A stretch of 64,000 bases of DNA. It comes from Prevotella sp. Its GTDB lineage: Bacteria; Bacteroidota; Bacteroidia; Bacteroidales; Dysgonomonadaceae. The stretch is taken from NCBI GenBank assembly GCA_031285625.1, contig JAITVV010000071.1, forward strand, positions 47,776-111,775, given 5' to 3'. The notes below the pieces were generated by a model, which made no database searches, had not been told where the DNA came from, and saw only the letters and a list, made by a program, of their open reading frames with translations. Below are positions 9,694 to 18,293 of this stretch, in pieces. The position numbers and the translations under genes are program-made. Within the stretch, counting starts at the first letter, position 1, and every line of letters starts with the position of its first letter.

Positions 9694-10293
9694 CTATTGA
9701 GAGCTATCTTTTTTTCTCATCAGTTCGTCCCTTAATAAAGAAGCAAGTTCATAATCTTCGCCATCAATAGCATCTTTTAGCAAAGTTTCAAGCTCATCTT
9801 TATTAAGCAGAGAATAGTCGAGGGCGAGATTGTCTTTTTCATCTTCATGCAAATTTTCCGGAGTTACATTTTCATCAAATACAACAGCCTGACTTTGCAT
9901 GATAAATTCTGAAGTAAAAATAGGAGCCTTGGTTCTCAAAGCTATAGCTATGGCATCAGATGTTCGAGATTCTATCTCTACAGTCTTATTAGCTTGACGA
10001 AAAACCATTCTGGAAAAGAAAACTCCATTCTCGTATTTGTAAATATTTATTTCGAGCAATGATATCGACAATTGAGACAGCAGTGACTGGAATAGATCAT
10101 GAGTCAATGGCCTTGGAGGGATAGAGCCCTGAAGTTTAAAGGCAATAGACTGCGCTTCCGGTGTACCAACTATGATCATAAGACGGCGTAATCCATCCTC
10201 CTCAGCCAAGACTAAACCATACGTGCCCGACTGAGTTTGATTGAATGAGAATCCTAAAACCGATAGTCTTATCTTATCTTCCATACATGTCAA
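9694..10293 (-). CDS. Bifunctional nuclease (DUF151) with C-terminal UVR motif
   Basis: IIVGTPEAQSIA, RPLTHDL, SRTSDAIAIALR and EDYELASLLRDE motifs. Confidence 0.9.
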   Translation of the reverse strand: MTCMEDKIRLSVLGFSFNQTQSGTYGLVLAEEDGLRRLMIIVGTPEAQSIAFKLQGSIPPRPLTHDLFQSLLSQLSISLLEINIYKYENGVFFSRMVFRQANKTVEIESRTSDAIAIALRTKAPIFTSEFIMQSQAVVFDENVTPENLHEDEKDNLALDYSLLNKDELETLLKDAIDGEDYELASLLRDELMRKKDSSQ

Positions 10294-10465
10294 AAGTAGA
10301 TATTTATTTTTTATATTTATAAGAACAGCTCTTGTTTTAAAACATTTTATCTTAACTTAAGATTGCTAAATTTTATTTTTTTCTTGTTTTTTCTGCGTAA
10401 ATATTAAAAATTGTTTTATTTTGCAATAGATTTTAATTAGTGAAAGAAAATCGCGATACAAACAA

Positions 10466-12331
10466 GTGCAAAATACAAATTTACACATTGACAAAAGGAG
10501 AACCTTCTTGTTCTTTTTTCTAATATTTTTTACAATTACTATTTCTGCTGGCGGTGGGGATAGTATATATGTTAAGCAGTATAATAAAGTAAGATATTAT
10601 CATTCTGATTCCATCTTTCAAAAATATGCTCAATCCGGATTTTTGTCTGTAATAGATGAAATGTACGATTATTATGAAGACATTGTCGAATACCTGCCAA
10701 CTGACAGACAATTTCAGGAAGTAGCCAAAATAAGACAAATAGCCAAACAATATAACTCAACCGAACTGGACACTGAGGCTGACTTTATGCATGCTTATGT
10801 TTTGCCCGTAAAATCCGATAAAGATATTGCCTATAAAGTTTCCCGGATGGAGTCGGTTGTCAATAATGCTGTCAGGCAAGGTAACGTGATAATAAAGTTG
10901 AGGGCGATGGAAGCTATATTCGAAATCCATTGGAAACATTCTCAATATGCCAAAGCTTTTAGCCAAGCCTATCTGATAGATAATGAACTGCAAAATGTAA
11001 GTGAATCCGAATATCCGGGAAAAGGAAATGCATACTTCCATATAGGTCAAGCCTTTAGTTTTTTCCATGATTATGACAAGGCAATGCCTTATTTACGTAA
11101 GGCCTTAAATCCTCCCAAATATTACTTTGACAGGTCAGACCTTTTAGCTAGAAATGCTATTGGTGAATATTACAATTCAGTAGGATTAATAGATTCAGCA
11201 GAATATTACTTCCGTTCAGCATACTTCAGCTCACACAATGTTAAAGCAAAACCCATTCTGGATGCTATTTCCCTCAGTAATATCGGTCAATCATTGTTGA
11301 ATAAGAAGGATTATAACAATGCTATTTCATATCTCCGCGCAGGCTTGAACCGTATTTTGATGGATAATGATTATGAATTTGCTTCGGATGTCACATTAGG
11401 ACTAGCTAAATGTTATTTGGCGAAGAATGATTTCAAGAAAGCCAAGAGTTTAATAGATTCCACAAGAATGTTCATCGACAGAAGTGATCATGTAGATTTA
11501 TATCAATCTTTATATCCTTTGATGTGTGATTATTATTCAAAAACAGCTAATACTCAGCTTTCTGCTGCATATTTTGATTCTACCCTGATGATCACCAAAC
11601 TATACGCAGATAAATATAATAGTTTGCATATCTTAAAGGCCGAACAAGATCTGTATGAATCGAAAGCAAAGGCAAAAGACGAAGAGATACGACTGAAAGA
11701 AGAGAATTTTAAGTCTAAAATATTTTATGGCGTTGCAATTCTCCTGATTATAACCATAGGTTTGCTTTTTCTTATTGTGTTATACCATAAAAACAGGATA
11801 GCATACAGAGCTCTTGTCTTAAAAAATCAGGATTGGGCACGAGATACATCTTATGATACATACGAAGCTCCGGAGGTAATTGAACCTGAACCTGCTGCGG
11901 TTGACACAGTGGAAGATACTGTAGAAATAGTAGAAGAGGAGAAAGAAGATGAGCCAACTAAAGAGGATATTGCTTTGATGAAACAAGTACATGAGTTGGT
12001 TACAAAAGATAAAATATATAAGGATATGGAGTTAACACTTGATGCTTTAGCCAAAAGAATGAGTGTTAACCGAAATTATTTATCCAAGGCAATAAACAAA
12101 ACGACAAATAAAAACTTCAACACATATATAAATGAATATAGAGTGAAAGAAGCTATAAAAATCTTATCCTCCAAGAAGGCCGACCTAATGTCAATTGATG
12201 CTATCGCTTTTGATGCCGGATTTAATAACAGAACCTCCTTCTATCAATCTTTCAAAAAAATAACAGGGCTATCACCTTCTGATTTCAGGGATAATAAACC
12301 CGCCGAAAAAGAGTCTGTAAAATTTAGATAG
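10466..12331 (+). CDS. Membrane-anchored TPR/AraC-family transcriptional regulator
   Basis: Signal peptide, TPR region, TM helix, and C-terminal AraC HTH (YINEYRV..IAFDAGFNNRTSFYQSFKKITGLSPSDFR). Confidence 0.9.
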   Translation: MQNTNLHIDKRRTFLFFFLIFFTITISAGGGDSIYVKQYNKVRYYHSDSIFQKYAQSGFLSVIDEMYDYYEDIVEYLPTDRQFQEVAKIRQIAKQYNSTELDTEADFMHAYVLPVKSDKDIAYKVSRMESVVNNAVRQGNVIIKLRAMEAIFEIHWKHSQYAKAFSQAYLIDNELQNVSESEYPGKGNAYFHIGQAFSFFHDYDKAMPYLRKALNPPKYYFDRSDLLARNAIGEYYNSVGLIDSAEYYFRSAYFSSHNVKAKPILDAISLSNIGQSLLNKKDYNNAISYLRAGLNRILMDNDYEFASDVTLGLAKCYLAKNDFKKAKSLIDSTRMFIDRSDHVDLYQSLYPLMCDYYSKTANTQLSAAYFDSTLMITKLYADKYNSLHILKAEQDLYESKAKAKDEEIRLKEENFKSKIFYGVAILLIITIGLLFLIVLYHKNRIAYRALVLKNQDWARDTSYDTYEAPEVIEPEPAAVDTVEDTVEIVEEEKEDEPTKEDIALMKQVHELVTKDKIYKDMELTLDALAKRMSVNRNYLSKAINKTTNKNFNTYINEYRVKEAIKILSSKKADLMSIDAIAFDAGFNNRTSFYQSFKKITGLSPSDFRDNKPAEKESVKFR

Positions 12332-12552
12332 TCCTATATTCTGAGAAAATGGAATCTGTAATGATATTTCCATTCTGTTTTTCTCAAATCATAAGAAACT
12401 CATTGATAGAATAATACAAAACTTGTAGTTAGGATTTATAAAAATTAACCGGGATTTTAGGATTAAACTATATTTTTGTTAAGTCATCGGAAATATTGAC
12501 AGTGGATGTTTTATATTCCCAACCTTACACACTTTACAGAACAAGCAAACTT

Positions 12553-12587
12553 AAAAAGGAGCAAATCGGTGAGATTCGCTCCTTTTT
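12553..12587. terminator. Bidirectional terminator
   Basis: AAAAAGGAGC...GCTCCTTTTT stem with A/T tracts on both sides. Confidence 0.75.
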
Positions 12588-12609
12588 GATTATAGAAAAA
12601 TGTAAATTG

Positions 12610-13473
12610 TTAATTTGTTCTCCAGACAATATAAGATGTATTCAAAGGTACTTCAGGCTGCTCAACCCCAAACTCTGTTTTGTTATGTTCCTTGTCATAA
12701 TACCACCCAAAGGCTGTGTTTGTTCCCACTAAATAGATAGCATCACTTACACCTATATCAATAAGTGCTTGTGAAAAGTCATGAAATGATTCGGCACTAC
12801 GGCTTTCAACCATTACAACCTTACTGGATCTCACAGCCAGAGCCCGGCGTATCGATTTATTCTTGGGATTGTTTTCTATAAGCTCACCTTCGCTAACAAG
12901 AGGATATTGTCTGAAGAAATAACCTTTTGAATCAATTGCTTTTTTTAAGAGCGGCGTATTGTCTTTAACTCCAATAGTGATATCGCCATCTATAATGGCG
13001 CAAAATCCCGTTTTTGCAATACCTCTGGACAATTGTTGCCCTGCCAGTACAAAGTCTCCCACAATCTCAAGATTATCGCCTCTGATATCCGCTGCCTGCG
13101 TGATAAAGATGATTGTGGAGTCAGATTTATCCGGCTGGCCTACCGATAATGTCATTTCCGCATCGTGAGGTAGATAGACAAATAAAGGTACATCGTTAAC
13201 CGTCTCCTCCAAAACTTCTACATAACCTTTTATTGTATCATTTTTTATGGGGCTGGGGATCGTTTTTTCTATAGTTTGATGTGTAACCGGTTCAAAATAG
13301 TAATCGGGTTCTTGTTTTTGTAAAGAGAATATCAAGACAAGTATGATTGCTATTACGGCAATACAGACACCGATTATCACCCATATTTTACCAGAATTAG
13401 GTTTTTTCTCTCCACCTTCCTTCGAACCAAGAAAGTAGACATCATTTTCAGCTTTTATATCTTTCTTGCTCAT
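12610..13473 (-). CDS. Single-pass membrane protein with probable phosphodiester-glycosidase (NAGPA)-like domain
   Basis: N-terminal TM helix; FRQYPLV..G, RRALA, SFHDFSQALIDIGVSDAIYLVG resemble NAGPA-family motifs. Family assignment is tentative. Confidence 0.55.
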   Translation of the reverse strand: MSKKDIKAENDVYFLGSKEGGEKKPNSGKIWVIIGVCIAVIAIILVLIFSLQKQEPDYYFEPVTHQTIEKTIPSPIKNDTIKGYVEVLEETVNDVPLFVYLPHDAEMTLSVGQPDKSDSTIIFITQAADIRGDNLEIVGDFVLAGQQLSRGIAKTGFCAIIDGDITIGVKDNTPLLKKAIDSKGYFFRQYPLVSEGELIENNPKNKSIRRALAVRSSKVVMVESRSAESFHDFSQALIDIGVSDAIYLVGTNTAFGWYYDKEHNKTEFGVEQPEVPLNTSYIVWRTN

Positions 13474-13856
13474 ATCTCTACCCTCCTGTTCTTTAAACTA
13501 TCTTCTAATACATTCTTTAGCGCTCTCAAAGCTTCTTTTGAAGCTGAGAGTACAAACTTATGAGGAAAACTACTGTCTGATAAAATAATCTGCTGCTTGG
13601 ATACATTCACATAATAGATATACTTAGCATTAATTATCAGACTTTTTCCTAGTCGGATAAATGTTTGGGCATCCATACCCAACTGTTGCTCTATCACTCT
13701 CTCAAAGGTACCCAGATTGAATGTAAACAGATGCTCATCTTTATTGATAAGTACCATGGTAGAATAGTTCCCATCAGAAGAGATGTACACTATCCTGTCA
13801 GGCGAGACTCTTACCAGATCATTACTGTTTGTTAAAACCAGATATCTTACCATCAT
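13470..13856 (-). CDS. Stand-alone LytTR DNA-binding protein
   Basis: IVYISSDGNYS and FIRLGKSLIIN LytTR motifs; no receiver domain; ATGA overlap with the downstream gene. Confidence 0.85.
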   Translation of the reverse strand: MMVRYLVLTNSNDLVRVSPDRIVYISSDGNYSTMVLINKDEHLFTFNLGTFERVIEQQLGMDAQTFIRLGKSLIINAKYIYYVNVSKQQIILSDSSFPHKFVLSASKEALRALKNVLEDSLKNRRVEI

Positions 13857-13949
13857 AATCTTTTTATCAATACAAAAATAGGCTATTCTTTGTATTTCCG
13901 GTTATTTCCATCAAGTATATGTATAAAATACTATGTTTATTGTATGAAA

Positions 13950-14336
13950 TTATCTGCCTGAGATGAGAAGGGTCAGAATAAGTATTAGATAATCTTTCAG
14001 CACAATTCTTAAAATTTTGATTGTCTTTGTTATATGATATTCCACAGCTTTTACACTGAGGTCATACAATTCGGCAATCTCCTTGTTGGATTTATCACCA
14101 AACCGGCTCAACATAAATATATCCTTAGTCTGTGGAGGGAGATTATCAAGTGTTTTAACCAGTAAGGACTGTATTTCACTAGAGAATAATTGTTGAGGTT
14201 CACAAGCCTCGAGAGTAGATATTCTTATATTCATATCCGCTTCGTACAGTGATTTGATATTATCAAAAGCCCGGACTTTAACGGCTTCATGCTTCAGATG
14301 ATCCAATGCTTTATTCTTAAGAATGCTTATGAGTAA
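13950..14336 (-). pseudogene. 3' half of an ECF sigma-70 factor (Bacteroides expansion type); N-terminus missing
   Basis: Frame reads LLISILKNKALDHLKHEAVK...LPPQTKDIFMLSRFGDKSNKEIAELYDLSVKAVEYHITK (end of region 2 plus region 4). An in-frame TAG lies at 14343-14345 and no region-2 N-terminus is present. Confidence 0.85.
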
Positions 14337-17061
14337 GACCGCCTATGATATCAAGACCTGTACGGCCACCGCCAACATCTACAACTGTATTTTTCACATA
14401 TGATGCATTTCCGCCTATATTGAAATTTACTTTACCAATATTAAATTTATAAGATGCTTCCAACTCTATACCTTCATTCTTTACAGATCCGGCATTTGCA
14501 TTCATTCCGTAAAATCCTGTATATTCCGGCAGAGGAACATATAGTAACATATCCTTGGTCTTTTTGTGGAAATAATCTGCCGTGAATGTCAAAGCGCTTT
14601 TAAAGAATCGTAGATCAAGACCTATATCTGTTTGTTCTGAAGTTTCCCATTTCAGGTCGCTGTTTACATATCCTGAGGTTTTACCTCCTGTAAGCACCTT
14701 GCCGTCAACAACAGCATTGTATCCCATCGACATCATACTGGTATACCCAAAAGCTCCGATAGCCTCATTACCATTTTGTCCCCAGCCGAAACGGATTTTT
14801 CCAAAATCGAGCCAGTTTGAAGTTCCTTTCATAAAATCTTCGCGTGTAAATGCCCAGCCGACAGATACTGAAGGGAAAGTTGCATACTTATAGTTAGGTC
14901 CGAAATTTGAGGATCCATCACGTCTGATTACGGCCTCTAACAGATATTTTTCGTCATAGTTATAGTTTACACGACCGAATACAGAAGCCAGTTTGTGATC
15001 GCTACCGCCACCACTTACACGTTCGAGGCTACGGTCTCCAGTAGCGATATCTATATATACTTTGTTAGGATCAACAACTAACAGATCGTAGTCTGTACCA
15101 GAAATATTTGAAAAAGTATATGACGACATAGTTGTACCTCCCAACAAACCCAGGTTGTGCAACCCAAAGGATTTGTTGTAAGAAACAATATTTTCCCATT
15201 GCCAGAAGAATGATTCTGTTTTTTCGTCCTCTACACGCGAAATAGTGTTCTTATCTGTTGTATTCAGGTCATATACAGGAATTGCATTCTTGATAGAATT
15301 GAATCCCCAGTCGAACCCAGCTGTCGTTTTATATTTTAATCCGGGAAGAACGGCAATATCGAGATTAAAGTTTGCACTGAATACCTGCGGAACTCTCTTT
15401 TGATTATTATTTACCTGTAATGCTGCAAATGTATTGTTCACATCATTCATGTCTATAATATTATATGCTCTTCCGTTAGGAGCTTTTATGTAATTAGGAT
15501 AAGTTACTGCATATCGTTCAAGTTCTTTCGGATCATCCTGATATATGCTCTCTGTAGGAGGTAACATATTCATAGAGGAAATAATACCTCCGGCTTCAGT
15601 ATTGTTTATAGTATTACCTGTTCTTGTAGTTCTTGAATAACTGGTAATTGCTCCTAATACAATGTTGTTTAACCAGGTTCTCTCTTTAGTATCAACAAGT
15701 GTATTTGAATAGTTAAGGCGTCCGTTGAACCTTTCATAATCAGCATAGCCCTTTGCCATAATACCGCTTTGTTTTACATAACCCAGCGAAACATAATAAG
15801 TACTGTTGTCACCACCTCCGCTAAGAGACATCTTGTGATTTACAACCGGAGCATTCTTGTATGTCAGTTCTTTCTGCCAATCTGTATTAATTGACGATGG
15901 AGTTTCAAAATATGGTTTCTTTCCTGAGTTCGCAGCCATCTCATTCATCATCATCTGATATTGCTGGCTATTCATCAAGTCTACCTTTCTCTCAGGATTT
16001 TGTATACCATATGTGAATTCATAATTTAATGTCGTCTTAGACATTTTTTTCCCACCTTTTGTAGATATCAGCACCACACCATTCGCACCACGTGAACCAT
16101 AGATAGCCGCAGAAGCAGCATCTTTTAATATTTCGATGGATTCGATATCCGATGGGTTCAGATGATTTATCCCGTTGTATGATGGCATACCATCGATAAT
16201 ATAAAGTGGATCAGAGTTGTTTACTGTACCTGTCCCACGGATACGTATTTTGGAATCGGCACCAGGTTGTCCCGACTGGGAAGTGATTTGCACTCCGGAT
16301 ACTTTACCCTTCAATGCATTCTGCACATTGGTAGGATTTCCTAAGTTAAGGTCATCGCCTTCCACTTTACTGATCGCAGATGATAGTACACTTTTCTTTT
16401 GAATACCATAACCAACTGCTACAACTTCGGTCAGCATATTGGCTGATCCTTTCATAACTACATTAATAACATTCTCATTTCCGGCATCAATGGTTCTGGT
16501 ATCGTAACCAATATACGAAACTTCGATTATAGTCCCGTTCTTCAGAGCCAGGGAGTATTTACCATCAAAGTCGGTCATGACTCCATTTGTAGTCCCTTTT
16601 TCTACAACAGTTGCCCCTATTAGAGGTTCTCCCATTTCATCGGTTACTGTTCCCGTAATTTTTCTTTCATTTTGTTGAGGTTGCTGTATCTTATCTCCTT
16701 TCATCAGCATAATATTATTGCCGGTCATGGCATAAATAATATCTGTATTACTGAAGATATTGGTTAAAACATTTGCAACTGACTGTTCTTTTGCTTTAAC
16801 AGATACTTTTTGATTCAGGTTAACTTCGTTCTTGTTATATACAAACAGGTAGTCTGTTTGTTTTTCTATTTCATTCATAATTTCCCTGATAGTCCCGTTT
16901 TGTTTATGCAGACTAACTTTGGCAATTTGAGAATGTGCTTCCTCTGCAAAGATGGCAGTTGTGAAAATAAATAAAAAGAGAAAACTGATTTTCATAATTC
17001 GTAATCCTCGTTTTAAGTGTGTTTGGAAGTAATAAGATTTCGGATACAAATATTTTTTCAT
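14317..17061 (-). pseudogene. SusC-like TonB-dependent transducer (STN domain), C-terminally truncated
   Basis: STN + CarboxypepD + plug (DAASAAIYGSRGANGVVLISTK) + partial barrel. It ends abruptly at GLDIIGG-LTHKHS*, with no terminal Phe and no susD following. Confidence 0.85.
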
Positions 17062-17122
17062 ATTTTTGTATAACTAAGGTTAGTACTAAGATTATTTAAA
17101 CTCTAGTCTGGTATAGATCTTC

Positions 17123-17154
17123 TGCCCGGAAAATGTTGGAGCATTTTCCGGGCA
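17123..17154 (-). promoter_or_regulatory. GC-rich hairpin in the fecR-susC leader
   Basis: 13-bp perfect stem TGCCCGGAAAATG/CATTTTCCGGGCA with 6-nt loop. Confidence 0.7.
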
Positions 17155-17219
17155 TTTCTTTTTATTTTTTAGTTTATCATAGGCAAAAAATATTTTTAAG
17201 GTTGTTATTCGTTCTGCAA

Positions 17220-18182
17220 TTATAAAATAGTAATGGTGTTTGTAGAATCATCCCGTGTATATTTGAACTTATGCTTCAGTTGTAATACTTTCAACACTTG
17301 TTCGACACCATCTTTTGTTCTGAATTTTCCTGAATATCTGTGCGTAATTATAGATTTGTTTTGTAAGTCTATCTTAATGTCGAAATATAATTCCAGTTTT
17401 TTCATTATTTCCTGTACAGTCTCATTATCAAAGTAGATAATGCCTTCTTTCCATAATAAATAATTCTGATCGGTAAGGGCAGCTGTCTTTAATTCACCTC
17501 CTTCGGCATATGCAATATTATTTGGTGAGAGTAGGCAGGAAGACTGTTGATCATGCGATTTCACTTCTACCGAACCTTTTATTAATGAAGTCTCGAATAG
17601 TTCAGAGCCCCTATAAGCCATCACATTGAATTCGGTACCCAGAACCTTTACGTTATATTTCTCTGTCTTTACAGTAAAAGGTCTTTTTTCATCTTTCTCT
17701 ACATCGAAATAACCTTCTCCATCCAGATAAACTTCTCTGTGATCCTGATCAAATTTTTCAGGGAAAATCAATTTAGTTTTAGCGTTTAGCCAAACTTTTG
17801 TGCCATCAGCTAATGTGATTTCGGCCCTTTGCCCCGGTGGAACAAATATTGTGTTTTTTACGGCTTCTGTTTTTATGGCTCCAGGGGCATCGAAGAATTT
17901 AATAAAAATGTAACTCCCTAATATAGCAATGACAAATATTGCTGCATATTTAGAAAAAGATATAAGCTGCTTTCTGATATTCTTTCTTTCTTCTTTTGGT
18001 TCAGAAAGGACATTACCATTCTCTTCATATTCGTTCCAAAGAAGTGCATCATATATTTTATGAAGAGTTTTATACTCATTCATATTCTCAGGCGATTCTT
18101 CGATCCAGGAAATCACTGTATCGCGTTCGTCATCTGTCAGATAATCTCCTTTTATATATTTCTTCAAAAGCTCTTCGTTCAT
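17220..18182 (-). CDS. FecR-family anti-sigma factor
   Basis: TM helix; VPPGQRAEITLADGTKVWLNA, REVYLDGEGYFDV and VLGTEFNV motifs. Confidence 0.93.
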   Translation of the reverse strand: MNEELLKKYIKGDYLTDDERDTVISWIEESPENMNEYKTLHKIYDALLWNEYEENGNVLSEPKEERKNIRKQLISFSKYAAIFVIAILGSYIFIKFFDAPGAIKTEAVKNTIFVPPGQRAEITLADGTKVWLNAKTKLIFPEKFDQDHREVYLDGEGYFDVEKDEKRPFTVKTEKYNVKVLGTEFNVMAYRGSELFETSLIKGSVEVKSHDQQSSCLLSPNNIAYAEGGELKTAALTDQNYLLWKEGIIYFDNETVQEIMKKLELYFDIKIDLQNKSIITHRYSGKFRTKDGVEQVLKVLQLKHKFKYTRDDSTNTITIL

Positions 18183-18221
18183 CGTTTTATTTTTAGCCTT
18201 ACATTATATAAAACGATTCAG

Positions 18222-18270
18222 AAAGAAATAACCCTAAATAAAAAATGAATTTATTCAGGGTTATTTCTTT
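18222..18270 (-). terminator. Hairpin terminator of the GH3 gene; one arm may overlap the fecR promoter
   Basis: AAAGAAATAACCCT...AGGGTTATTTCTTT inverted repeat. Confidence 0.6.
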
Positions 18271-18293
18271 TCTAGTAGGTCCAAAAGGAAATC

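Noticed and set aside
14300-14345. Programmed frameshift or invertible shufflon junction between susC and sigma
   Set aside because: No slippery heptamer, inverted repeat or recombinase was seen, and a barrel-sigma fusion has no plausible function. Deletion or misassembly is simpler.
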